From positions 131,690,001-131,754,000 of the forward strand of contig CM059431.1 in assembly GCA_030390025.1 (NCBI GenBank): DNA of 64,000 bases. The letters run 5' to 3'. Position numbers and translations under genes: made by a program. This stretch comes from Squalus acanthias (Eukaryota). The notes below the pieces were generated by a model. It was not told the DNA's origin, ran no database searches, and saw only the letters and a list, made by a program, of their open reading frames with translations. Below are positions 51,192-63,540 of this stretch, piece by piece; position 1 is the stretch's first letter, and each line of letters opens with the position of its first letter.

Positions 51192-51487
51192 TTAATCAGG
51201 ATTTAGTGGATTTCTTCTAGATACTAATTGAATTGTACACAGCCAAGACATTATCTGGTTCTCTGAAATCAGACAAAGGGGAACTCCTGATCATTAACAT
51301 TATACATAATAGTTCGCACCATTTATGTCTTTAAGCTTAGATTGTTGACTGTTTATGTAAAGGGCTTTTGGACTGGAGAATTCTCCCATCAGGGCTTTAG
51401 TTCTGGTTGGAGATCCAACCTGTGTGGATGAACCAAGATGTACATTGTCCGTGCACAACATTGCATCATGAACGTTTACAAAATAAT

Positions 51488-52236
51488 TGCCCAGATTTTA
51501 CTGGAGCGGGGAATCTCACTGCGTGCCCCATTAGTTAGGCTTTTTCCCTTACTATTCTGCTTGAAAAAATGTTGCCCTGTAAGTTGCTGGAAGTACAAGC
51601 TGATAATGGCACGGCGAAGGCAAAGGGGCATCTGGACGATGGGACCAGCAGTCTATCTCCTTAACCAATGAGATTTAAGGATTGAGAAATAAACAGAGGA
51701 ACGACGGAGGAGGAAATTGGGTGAATTAGAGTCAAATCAGGTACACAAAAGAGAAATAAAGAGGGAAAGAAAGATTTGATTAAGAGAGAGAGAAAGAGAC
51801 AGAAAAAAAAAGTAAGTAAGAAAAAAAATTAAACATTTTAAAATTCGCTAACAACAATTTACTACCTGTAGGAATGAGACTCCACAGTTTCAATTGTTCC
51901 CTTTCTGGGCCGGAAAGGTTGTGTGGTATTGCAGGAACATAAAACTCGTCATTAAGAAGGTACTTACGCTGTTAAGTACTAGCCCTAATTTTCTGTGGCG
52001 ATTGTAATTGGCAATTAATGGGCATATGCAGGAATTTCTTGAAACTCATGGGGAGGATGAGGGCGACCTGCTGTTTGCCTGAAGCCAGCGGCGGAGTGGC
52101 ACAAATCGTACAGCAATTTGTGGCTATTCGCAATCCATAAGGTATCTCCTCCTCGCCACAAGTTGCTGGACGATTTACACATTAATAAAGGTGCGCGCAT
52201 TAAACTCGCCGTTATTTTGACAGCAAAATCTGTGCC
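51488..52236. mobile_element. Harbinger-type MITE
   Basis: Ends GCCCAGATTTT / AAAATCTGTGCC; purine-rich centre. Confidence 0.6.
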
Positions 52237-52844
52237 ATTGTTTCATTCAAATGTCCTGCTGCTTTCCAAACAGTGTAAGCATTTGTTTTAAAAAGGGTAT
52301 TTTAATCTCTTGTGGACTAATTCAAGTTTTATTGTTTATGTAAGTATTGTGCTGGTTCAGTATTTTGCTGCATCAGAATGTTTTTATGTGTTATTTAGTC
52401 TGTAAATGAATGTAACCAAGTAATTTTATACTGAAAGAGTATTTTCTGCCTTTTGGGAGGGACAGCTGGATGTGGTTTGCATCCCTTGTGATCTCTGGTG
52501 TACTATATACCATAATTATTAATCCCAGGATGCTTGATTCATATACAACATGTGTACAAACAAAGGCTTTGGGTCATTGGATACTTGAACTGCTTATGAA
52601 ACCACTTTTTCACTGGAACACAAGTAAAAAAGTTTGGAAAATGTTTGAACCGTAAGCAGGACATTGTCATGTGCACGATCTGCATGGAATAGGTTCAGTG
52701 TGAGGTATATTACGGTAAATTTTGCGCAGCTACGCTCTGCATGTGGAGCCTCAGTCGCCAGGAGAATCAGATTCTGGGCTCAGTGCATCCAATTCGTACC
52801 AGTCCTGATTTTCCAGGAGCCTGAGCCTTGCCTTGCAAAATTTA

Positions 52845-53515
52845 GGGGGAAAAATTCGGTTGCTTTGCGCCTCCCGTTTGCGCCCTAAGATTCAGCGGGA
52901 GGTTAGCGGCGGTGGTAACCGTTAGTGCCCCGTGGCGCTGCGCCGCCGGCGATGTTGTCATCGCCATGCGCAGCGCTCCGCTCATGCCCTGGCTGCGATC
53001 TTCGGTAGCGCCCCCTGACTTACCGCCGGACGCTATGTCCGACGGGGTCAGGGGGGCCTACCTGCGGCCGGACGGCGCTATTTAAAGGCGAGGTGACTGG
53101 TGGCCATTTTTGTTGCTGGCCGCCTGCCAGCACCTGCCTCCGCTCCCGTCCCCGGCCTCCTTACCCGCACCCCCCCCCCCCCCCCCGCGGAGTGCGGGCT
53201 GCGCTCCATGAGCCCGGCACTTCTCTTGAGTGCCGGGCTCTTTTGCCGGCACTCCCGATCCCCGGAGGCCCAGCTGGGCCCCAGGTCACGCTGCGCAAGG
53301 CCCCTCCCCTTTAAGAAGGGGAAGAAGGCCTGCAGTACCGCGCCGCGATATTCCCTCGCAGCGCCCCAAGAGGGAGGCGGGGCGCTTCCAGTAGCGCCCC
53401 GCTTCCCTCTTGGGGTGCTACTACTCAATTTCGGTCGTGGGGGCGCTAACTTCGCTACTTTTAGCACCCCGGCAAAGTTAGCGCCACAAAGGGGGCGCAA
53501 CTCAATTTTTTGCCC
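52845..53515. mobile_element. GC/CpG-rich PIF/Harbinger (Tourist-like) MITE
   Basis: TIR GGGGGAAAAATT / AATTTTTTGCCC with TTA TSD on both sides. Confidence 0.8.
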
Positions 53516-53587
53516 TTAGTCTCTTATTAATAGAAACACAGAAAAGAATCAAATTTAGAATTTTGGAAAATTGAGCTTCAGACACCA

Positions 53588-53759
53588 TGGGCGTGAATTT
53601 CCACACGGGTTTCCTGCTCATTCACTGTAACCTCTGCGGCAGAGCCACACCCCAGAAAAACTGCGTAAACAGGGTTTATGCTATTTTTCTGGCAGTTCTG
53701 CAGCTCTACCACCAAGTTTTGGTGGACAAATGGAAGAAACCATGTGGAAATTCACCTCC
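53588..53759. mobile_element. Short MITE (related fragments at ~20687-20818 and 59257-59399)
   Basis: Inverted ends GTGAATTTCCACACGGGTTTC / GAAACCATGTGGAAATTCAC. Confidence 0.65.
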
Positions 53760-53859
53760 TAAATGAAGAGATTTCTTATCCTTGAATAGGTATCCATCCC
53801 AATGTGACATAAACAGGTCAAATAGACAAGCAAGGACCTAGACAGCAATTAGAAATATT

Positions 53860-55030
53860 AGCCTCAATATTAACCCCCACCCCGACGGGCAGGAGAGGGT
53901 GGGGTGGATGGTTAAAATGTAAAAATCGTACGACCGTCTCCCAACCTGACACAATTTTTACGGCTGCTTTCAGTGGGTCCAAGTGTCTTGCTATGGAGAG
54001 GCGAGAGAACATAAACATATTTAAATCAGAGTCCTTTGACACAGGAAGGACCCCAAGTTAAATTTAAGTGCAGGAACACGGATTTCACGTGGGTCAACAA
54101 TGTCGCCAGGGAAAATGGAGGCGGGACTGGCAGGATGTTTATTTAGGTGCTTAAATATAAATTCCCATGGGAAAGTTTCTGCATTTACAAGCGCTTCCTC
54201 AGTTCCTTGTTTACAGTACTTGGCTTCAGGTAGTGAATTTGAGACTCTAGAGTTGGCAAGGGAGAAGTCCATTATGGGTGCTGCCATTGCTGCAGTGTGC
54301 TGGACTGATGACGAGGAGTTGGAAGAGGAGCACCAGCAGCAAGCACGAACTGAGAGGGGGTGCTACACATTGGCAGCAGAGAAGGCAGCAACATAGGACT
54401 TGGGCTTGCCCACCCAACAGGGTGTACAGGCAGAGGCTCACTTTCCTTGCCCTCTCGGAGGAGCAGTGCTTGAGGAGACTTCGGATGACACGGTAGGTGG
54501 TCGCCGACCTCTGCAGCCTCCTAGAGGAGGAACTTCTGTCAGCTAGACCTGGCGGCTATGCCATGCCAGTGGCAGTTAAAGTAACCACTGCCCTGAATTT
54601 CTTTGCTTCCGGCTTCTGCCAGGCTGCAACAGGAGACATATCGAGGATGTTGCAGTTGCAAGCTCACAAATGTATCAGGCAGGTCACGGATAGATTATTT
54701 TCCAGGGCCAACAGATATATAAACATGTGACGATGACAGTCAGACAGAGCGAGCGATGCGTTAGTGGGCTTCTTTTTCCCACTGGCTGGGAACAGCACCT
54801 CCCTCCTGCTCCTTACTACACCCAGTAGCACATCCAAAGGTGCATCTGAAAATCTTGGCACAGCCTTTCCTCTTTGCACGCTCATGTTTCAACATCCTGG
54901 TTCTTCTTTCACAATTCAACCCTACAAACCTTATCCTCCATTTCATCTCTGAACTGGGCCTTTAAATAGTCGAGGGGACATTGTGTCATGTGGGTCCACT
55001 CACGGGCAGTGGAGATGCAAAACCCGGAAG
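53860..55030. mobile_element. Internally deleted PIF/Harbinger: transposase N-terminus (+, ~54270-54730) converging on Myb/SANT N-terminus (-, 54885-54760)
   Basis: RVYRQRLTFLALSEEQCLRRLR..PVAVKVTTALNFFASG..GDI..CIRQVT (HARBI1-like); PRFSDAPLDVLLGVVRSRREVLFP (Myb/SANT-like). Confidence 0.85.
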
Positions 55031-55362
55031 TAAAATTATAAGGCATTTTATTTGGTGCATTTTTCAATATTTTGGAACTGGGCTCGTTTATCCATTGGAC
55101 TAGGTGCATGTGCATATTGGGGGTGAAATTGGGGTGATAACTTTTAAAGTTTGGAAAATTAGCGCCAGGCGCTATGTTTTTCTAACTTTTAAAAAATGTG
55201 TTTTTCTCACTCCAAGAGGGAGGTGGAGCGCTAAATCAAACGCTCCACTTCCCTCTTGGAGCGCGATCGGCAGCAGACGGTGTGGTGAGTTCTGCAGCGC
55301 TGCACACTGGGCCGTGCAGCATTGCCGCATTGGAAGGCTCCTTCCCTCCCCTAAAGGGAAGG

Positions 55363-56220
55363 ACAAAAATGAGAAGTCGCACAACACCAGGTTATAGTCC
55401 AACAGATTTATTTAAAATTACAAGCTTTCGGAGCTATTCTGCCCCTTCTTCAGGTAAAGTTACACTGAGTGAATCTACAAAAGTTCACAGAATATAAACA
55501 CAGATACTGCAGAGATACAATCTTTCCTTACATCAAAGACACACCAAGAGCACAGCCAAGACAATGACATGTGTCCCAGGGGGTCCAACGTATCAAATCC
55601 TGCTGACTGCAGCAGATCTCTCTCCTTATCCCTTCCTCTCTCTCCGTCCTTTTTGGGGTTTGTTTTTTGGGTTTGTTTTTTTGTGTTTGTTTTTTAAAAA
55701 ACTGGAAAGACAGACAATGATGTCAAGTCACGTTCTGTAGCGTGACATGAATCCGATATCCCTATTGAGGCCGTCCTCATGAGTGCGGGACTTGGCTATC
55801 AGTTTCTGCTCGATGATTTTGCGTTGTCGTGTGTCTCGAAGGCCGCCTTGGAGAACGCTAACCCGCAGATCCGAGGCTGAATGCCCTTGACTGCTGAAGT
55901 GTTCCCCGACTGGGAGGCAACTATCCTGCCTGACGATTGTTGCGCGGTGTCCGTTCATACGTTGTCTCAGTGTCTGCATGGTCTCGCCGATGTACCATGC
56001 TCTGGGGCATCCTTTCCTGCAACGTATCAGGTAGACAACGTTGGCCGAGTCACATGAGTATGTACCATGTACCTGGTGGGTAGTGTCCTCACGTGTGATG
56101 ACGGTATCTGTGTTCATGATCTGGCATGTCTTGCAGAGGTTGCCGTGGCAGGGTTGTGTGGTGTCGTGGTCGCTGTTCTCCTGACAGCTGGGTAATTTGC
56201 TGCGGACGATGGTACTTTTG
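55363..56220 (-). mobile_element. 5'-truncated Penelope-like element: GIY-YIG endonuclease and terminal repeat with hammerhead
   Basis: CKTC..YSCDSANVVYLIRC..WYIGETMQTLRQRMNGHR..VGEHFS..EQKLI..GLNRD; approximate TSD AGGGAA(A)GG. Confidence 0.92.
55418..55457 (-). ncRNA. Minimal hammerhead ribozyme motif
   Basis: TTAC-CTGAAGA-A-GGGGC-AGAATA-GCTCC-GAAA-G-CTT-GTAA. Confidence 0.75.
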
Positions 56221-56846
56221 AGGGAAAGGCCATTGCTGCAGGCTCTGCAAAAGAAAGGGCACCTATCTGGACCATCAAGGGAGCGGCGAACCTGCATGAT
56301 CAGCCTAGCACTCACTCAGAGCTGCTCGATCGCGGGCAGGAACCCGCGAAAAAAACCGGATCAAAAAAGGTACGTTTTTGTTTACTTACCGTGGCCACCT
56401 CGCCTTTAAGCAGCATCCCAGAAGCAGCCGGTCGACCGATGCGCGTCCCCTGAAGCTGGCGTTGTTTTCCTCCGACGATGCTTCAGGGGGCGGAAATGAA
56501 TTTTGGGTCCGGTGTGCTATCGGGCGATGCGCGGCCGGATGATGTCATGATCTCTGGCCACAGGCGGGCGTGGCGATTGGGGTTACCGCTGCCGTAAACT
56601 GGCAGGTGAATTTCGCGGGCGGCGGTAACATCACCGCGCCTGGGTGGTAAGACCTTAGCACCCCATTATCACCCCCCGGAGGCAAGGCACTAAGGCACCG
56701 AATTTCTAGCCTATTTATTTTTCACACATCTATGCGCTACCCAGTTCTCTTGGATTCCCTGTGTATATTTGCAATGCACAATTGGCATCCAGTTCTATAT
56801 AAAAAGCAGAGTTCTGACCCATTTCTTTGCTGACAGCTTATTTTCA

Positions 56847-57310
56847 TGCCAGCTCTGGCTCAGTGGGTAGCACGCTCACCTCTGAGTCAGAAGGTTGTGG
56901 GTTCAAGTCCCACTCCAGAGACTTGAGCACAAAAATCTAGGCTGACACTCCAGTGCAGTGCTGAGAGAGTCCTGCAATGTCGGAGGTGCCATCTTTCGAA
57001 TGAGATGTTTAACCGAGGCCCTGTCTGCTCTCTCATGTGGCCGTAAAAGATCTCATGGCACTATTTTGAAGAAGAGCAGGGGAGTTATCTCTAGTGTCCT
57101 GGCCAATATTTATCCCTCTATCAACAAAAACAGATTATCTAGTCATTATCACATTGCTGTTTGTGGGAGCTTGCTGTGCGCAAATTGGCTGTCGCGTTTC
57201 CCACATTTCAACAGTGACAACACTCCAAAAGTACTTCATTGGCTGTAAAGCGCTTTGAGACGTCTGGTGGTCGTGAAAGGCGCTATATAAATGCAAGTCT
57301 TTCTTTCTTC
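56847..57310 (+). mobile_element. SacSINE1-like DeuSINE, full length
   Basis: TGGCTCAGTGGG A box, GGTTCAAGTCC B box, Deu core, L2-type tail. Confidence 0.9.
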
Positions 57311-57680
57311 ATGTTTTTTATCCTCCCATTCATAACCACTGACACTGGTGGTTGACATATATGAATAGATTTCCATCTCATTTTCATGGCTGAAGTACAG
57401 CAAGATAATATTCTTTCCTTTTCTCTGCACTCCCTGCCTCGCTGAAAAACATGATTTCACCTCTGGATACTAGTCAGATCACATTGCCTGTGAATTTCTG
57501 TCCAGATGTCTGCATGCACCCACAATAACTGAGATTTCGCTCCAGGTGAGGTAAGGGATTACATTTCATGAAATTATCACTTGTGCCTCAAGCCAGATGG
57601 TGTGAGTGATTGAGTGAAAGTGAGCAAATATGGGAGCCTCTCCATTAACAGTCGCTTATTGCAGTTTTACTAACTTTTAG

Positions 57681-58110
57681 GTGTCAGCCTTGGCTCAGTG
57701 GTAACACTTTTATCTCTGAGACAGAAGGTTGTGTGTTCAAGCCCCACTCGAAACTTGCACACTTCAGTGTAGTAATGAGTGAGTGCTACATTGTCGGAGG
57801 TGCCGTCTTTTAGCTGAAGCGTTAAACGGATGGGGGCCTCTGACCTCTCAGGTGCACTAAAATATCCTACAATGCTATTCGAAGAAGAGCAAGAGAGTTT
57901 TCCTGGTCTCAACCAACACCCAAAACAGATGATCTAGTCATTTATTTCATTGCTGTTTGCAGAACCTTGCTGTGCGCAAATTGGCTGCTACATTTCCTAC
58001 ATTACAACAGTGGCTACAGTCCAAAAGCACTTCATTGGCTGTAAAGCGCTTTGGGACGTCCTGAGGTTGTGCAAGGCGCTACATAAATGCAAGTTCATTT
58101 CTTTTCTTTC
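57681..58110 (+). mobile_element. DeuSINE, diverged
   Basis: Same architecture as 56847-57310. Confidence 0.85.
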
Positions 58111-59024
58111 TTTATGCCAAAGGCCACAATCTGACCAAGGTCTTGCTCCAGGGCCACTCTCGGGAATCCTGAACTACATGGTGATGGGATAGGGATTTCT
58201 CCCTAGGGCTCTTCACACAGTGAAATCCTGGTTTTCATCAAGTCACTGTGGGCAGTTACCATGTTGGGACCAAGCACTTCCCCACTAGAAAAGGGGGAAA
58301 AAAACATCTAGGATCGACAATTTAATTCAATTAACAGGGCTCTTTCACTTGCTGCATGGAAATTGGGATAGCTCCACATACCAATAGCAATCTTTTGACT
58401 TTATTTTGTTGGAGATCAAGAAAAAGTGAGAGAACCTTGGCCCATTTCACTAGACAGGTGGGCTCCAAATGGAAGTCCAGAGGTACGTGAAGCAAAAAGT
58501 CTGCTAAGAGCAATAGGTAAGGAATCGCTGTTCTGTATTTTGAGTACCACCGGGTTATAGAAGTTGTGGCCTTTATACTTTATGAAGGGGCCGCAATCTC
58601 TCCCTATGTACCCTAATAAAAAGTTCAGTATCACTATCACATGTTTCAGTCACTGACTGTTTTCTGCTACATAGTTCTGGTTCAGATATTCTGTTGTCCT
58701 ATTAGAAATATTTTAACCAGTTATCTTCAAATTGCTATGTTCTGAGTATTTACGACACATTGTAATGTGACAGATATTTTTTCTGTGCAGTTTTACAGTA
58801 GATTTTCCAAGTCCTTACCATGGCTGTGAGTATTGATTCAAAAATAACAGGCAGCACTACTGCGATTTTCTAGTCCTTGCTCACAGCAGGCCAGCCACCT
58901 TGCCATGACCAGGGACTTGGAATCTACTCTTTTATGAAAAATGCTGTATGTCAGCTTGGCTCAATTAGCTCTTAATCCTGAGCCAGAGGATGATTTAGAT
59001 TCAAACCCCACTCTCGAATACTAA

Positions 59025-59213
59025 GGGGGTAATTTTAATCTAACTTGCCTGGCAGAAAACTGACCGGATCGGATTGGGTGCCTGTTTTACATTCTTCCTG
59101 AGAGTGTAATTTCCATTGAAGTCAATACAAAGTATAATCGGGTGGGGTGTAAAACGGGTGTCTGATCCGATCATGTCAGTTTCCCGTCGGGCAGGTTAGG
59201 CAAAATTACCCCC
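59025..59213. mobile_element. 189-bp hairpin-like Harbinger MITE
   Basis: TIR GGGGGTAATTTT / AAAATTACCCCC; TAA TSD; extended internal inverted complementarity. Confidence 0.85.
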
Positions 59214-59420
59214 TAAGGGAGTTCTACATTTTCAGAGGTGCTGCCTTTCAGATAAGTGCCAATAATTTTCATGGAGATTCTCCCAATCTCCTGCATGGGA
59301 GAGCCTGGGTGCTGTGGAATCCCCATTTACGCCATTTCTCCGGGGTATCTGCCAAAGTTACAGCAGGAGATCAGGGAACCCCTGTGGAAATTCTACCCCA
59401 AGATGTTGAACCAAGGGCTT

Positions 59421-60893
59421 GGGCTGGATTTTACTAACCTCGGCGGGTCCGTGGTGGGCGACGTCGGTGGCGGGTCCTGGTCCTGCTGCTGCCTCCAGCC
59501 CTCTGTGTAGAATGAATTTCCCCTGATTGGGCTTGTTAAACACACCCTGCGAGGTTCCCGGTCCAGTTGAAGGAAGCAGGCCTGATGACATCATTGATGA
59601 TGCGGTATCAGCCGGTTTCCTTAAAGGAACCATGCGTAAATTTACTTTGACATTTGTGCTGTCAGTGTTCTACAGCATTGAGGTGCTGCAAACACTGACA
59701 AGCACTGCACAGAGGTGCATGGCTGCACCCAGGCTCTCCCATGCACACAGGGAGTCCTCTTCCCTTCCAATGGGTGGAAGAGACGTCCCCAGGAGACCAA
59801 CGCAGCCTGGTTGCACGTTGCACAGGAGGGCACAAGCAGGGATGTTGTCAGGAGGACCAGGCTGCAGAGGCGCAAACCTTTCAATTATCTCAATAAATCA
59901 TGAAACGTTACTGCAAAGCCATACTCAACCTCATCCTGCTGTGCCTCTCATCACATCCCCATCACTCTACCTTCCCTACCCTACTCCTGCACATCCTTAC
60001 TCACACCAACTTACCTTGCACATCCACCCATCCCTCTTGATCTACATTATCACATCCCCATTTTACTAGCCACCCCTCACACTCACCCTCATCTTCGTCC
60101 AATCATACCAACTAACAACACACAAGGGTTGGTACTTGGGTGTTTTATCCAATGTTCATGTAAAGTTTCTGTTAATGTGGTGTCAAACATTGAAACCTTT
60201 ATTTTCAACACTTTGCGTTCTTGGACAGATTTGTGTGCACCTTTGGAAGTGGCTTATGGTGAGATATAACGGTACTGCCCCCCCCCCCCCCCTGCAATGG
60301 TGATGAGTGTGAAAGAAATGGCTTGGCCATTGTAGGGATGCTTTATGCTGTTTGTGTGAGGTGATGGAATAGATGGCAGGTGAAGTAGAGATGACAGAAG
60401 CGATCTGTCAATGGTGGGAGAGGTAATGAGGTCAGACTGGATGGAGACTTGTGTAAAGACTTGCAGCATTCTGATTCTGTAGTGGAAATGCAGTTTAGAG
60501 AAGCGAGTGGCTAAGGGAACATTTCTCAATCACCTGGGAGCTTTGATTTGACATTTGAAGCTGTCAACTCATCAGCTGAAACAATGGCTACTGACCTCCT
60601 GCCTCAGCTTCACAGACGAAGTCTCGGCATAGCGGGAAACCGGTGGGCGACCTGTCAAATTCAAAAAGCTGGGGAAAAAGCATAGTTAAGTGGCTGTAAA
60701 CAAGCCACTAATGATTTTAATTGCCTCCCCAGCCGCTGCGTGTCGTGTCTGTTCAGCGCTGACAGACCCAACATTTGGTAAAGGCACGTGGTGGCGGGTT
60801 GATAGCAGGGCCCCGATCCGCTGTCAAAAAAAACCATTTTCACACCTGACCCGCTACCGATCGTGCCCACTGACCCCCCACAAAATTCCCGCC
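59421..60893 (+). mobile_element. Harbinger derivative with Myb/SANT remnant (~59715-59900)
   Basis: Ends GGGCTGGATTTT / AAAATTCCCGCC; VLFPSNG..AWLHVAQE..RRT.LQ.RK.FN. Confidence 0.7.
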
Positions 60894-63229
60894 TTGCCTC
60901 CCTGCTGTGGTGGATATAAAAGATCCCAGTGCCCAGTTCTCCTGGTGTTCTGGCTAACATTCCTCCCTCAACCAACACCACCAAAAACAGATTATGGGGC
61001 TTATTGTGCAAGTTGGCTGTCGTGTTTGCTTATACAAGAGCAGTGACTGCACTTTGAAAGTATTTCCATGGTTTTAAAGTTCATTGGGGATGTCCTGAGA
61101 TTGTGATAATGAACTTTATAAATGCAGGTTTTTTCCTTCTTTTGAAATTCAAGTCATCCATTCAATGTGTAGGAAATTGTATGGCACCTGTGGGTTGAGT
61201 TTTGGAAGGATTGCACTGGGAAAATCCTATTGTTCTAAACCCCAGAAAATGTTCATAACATTAATTTATAACAAAATATGTAAAAAAGTCGAGAGTGAAG
61301 TGAAAAGTTGAAATTTGAAAGTCCACTGGGTGAAACTAGTTGTTGTCTGCAGCATCAGTTCGATAATGCGTTAGGCCTGTTCTGTTTGACGAAGTGAAAG
61401 AGCATCTCTTGAGCACTAGGAGCTGGATACAGACCAAATGCACAGTTGGCTGCTAAGTTTAGGTTTTCTCTTCACTCCTCAACACACTGAAAGCATTGAA
61501 GACATGGAAGCAGGGATGCTCAACACAGCTGAAAAGAAACAAAGACATTGCGTGACCTTTGAAGATTGGAAAATGGAATACCTGAAGGATTTGAATCCAG
61601 ACATTCTAATATTGATTCACTTCTCCACATGGACTTCCAGTGCAGCAAAAATAACCATCCCCTGGCATTATTTTTTGATAATTTGCATAACAGAGCCCAG
61701 CAGGGCTTTGGGGAGTATCTTTGCTGTGATTTAATGACGAAACATAATTGCAGGTAAATAAAAAGCAGAGTTTTTGAGCTGAATGTTATGCTTTACATGA
61801 TAATACATCATCTAAATATGACAGCGAAACTTGGAATCCAGATTAAAGAAATAGAAAAGTTTATGGGTGCTAATGAACATAGAAATGAATGAACAGATGG
61901 TCCTTTCACTGTTGGAAACACTGGAATGAAACATAACTACTAATGTGTTTGTTATAATTGAGTGTAAACTGGAAGAAAAAAGTCTCCACCTGTTCAGGTT
62001 GTCATTAATATGTGAACAGTCGCAGCTGAGGAATGTTGTCATATGAAAGGGCCCTTGTCTGTGTGTGTCTTTGTTAACCATATCAATTATAGATGCAATT
62101 ACACAAACACAATATCTTATCACCAGGGATGGAATTCAGCCAATTGTCAGGTGAATGCAAATGGTAAACTCACTATTTAAAAGGAGCTTTCTGCAGAGGT
62201 TTTTGGACAGGCCCAGCTCATAGCATAGTCTACACCAGAAGCTCTCTTGCCAGATGGGTAGTGCTGTTAGCTTCAGGCTGTATTTGCTGCAGTATAAAAT
62301 GTTTTAGTGCTTTTTATCCTATATATCATTCCCGAACCTTGTCAGTTCCTGTCCCAGTGGTGGTTCACTTTTCAGTTGTTAAAATGCCTCAGTCCACAGA
62401 TGGGAAATTCAGATATTTAAAAAAAATCTCTTACCCACCTCTCCCCAAAAGCGCTAATTTTCATGTTTCAGGACTTTTTGACTATTGTTCCACAGAAAGG
62501 ATTTGGAAAAAAGATTTAGATTTAAGAGGTGTGCTTTAAAGTAAAATGTATTCATGTAATTTTTTTTTAAAAGGCCCTGAGCGGAAGGTGCTTAAAATGC
62601 TAATGAGCTAAGCATGGAATTCTTTCCCCAAAGACTGTAAACAATGAGCAATTCATTAGCCTGTCTTAGTAATCGATACACCTCACATTCATTGTGTTGA
62701 AAGATCCCTGGTCCCAGGTATAGGGCCCTCCTTACAGGTTGTGATTAGAGAGAGATAAAAACAGAGGCAAAGATACAGGCAGTTAGTCAAGTTTGTAAAC
62801 AGAAAGCTGCGAGGACAAGCTTTCACCAGGCTCAGAAGGTCAGAATGAAAGCTGATAGTTAAAAGTATTTTGTTTAAGTCAAGCAAGGTGACTAACTGAT
62901 GTGGGGAAGCATGGCATTTTCATTATTTTGTATTATATGAAAACAAGTTGTGCTGATTGAATTAGGTGAATCTGGTTATAACTGTTGCTCTGTATGTTCA
63001 CTTGTTTTTTTTAAAGTAAGGAGTTTAATAATTCATACATGGCCTCACCTTTCCAAGTATTCTCTCGGTCTGCCTTGAAAAAGGTTGCAGAAGTGCTTGT
63101 GCAAAAGACATGAATATTCAGTTCAGTCCAAAAGGGACTGCTGTTGTTACATGCTTGGGCTGCCCTATTGTATAGTTAAACATTGTGCAGTATGGGCACA
63201 CCCCTAACTGTAAGGCGCTCAGACCACTT

Positions 63230-63540
63230 CACAGAATCCCCACAGTGCAGATAGAGGCCATTTCGCCCCATCGAGCCTGCACCGACACATATCCCACCCT
63301 ATCCCCGTAACCCCACATATTTAATCCCCCCTAACACTAAGTGTCAATTTATCATAGCCAAATCAACCTAACCCGCACATCTTTGGACTGTGGGAGGAAA
63401 CCGGAGCACCCGGAGGAAACCCACGCAGACACGGGAAGAATGTGCAAACTCCACACAGACAGTCACCCGAGGCCGGATTTGAACCTGGGTCTCTGGTGCT
63501 ATGAGGCAACAGTGCTAACCACTATGCCACCGTGTTGCCC
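63230..63540 (-). mobile_element. HE1-type V-SINE
   Basis: Reverse complement GGGCAACACGGTGGCATAGTGGTTAGCAC, V-domain, CR1-type tail GGCCTCTATCTGCACTGTGGGGATTCTGTG; short flanking repeat ACTT. Confidence 0.92.

Larger units (their letters stand above)
55119..56711. mobile_element. Harbinger-type non-autonomous element, interrupted by a Penelope element
   Basis: Ends GGGGGTGAAATT / AATTTCTAGCC; GC-rich halves similar in style to 52845-53515. Confidence 0.6.
58949..61140 (+). mobile_element. Old DeuSINE split by three DNA-element insertions
   Basis: Collinear SINE pieces at 58949-59024, 59214-59256, 59400-59420 and ~60894-61140. Confidence 0.7.

Noticed and set aside
54270..54730. Domesticated HARBI1 gene
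   Set aside because: In-frame stop, catalytic region deleted, and embedded in transposon sequence.
61438..61760. Host exon ending at CAG|GTAAAT
   Set aside because: No recognisable protein similarity or convincing acceptor; cannot be supported without RNA data.
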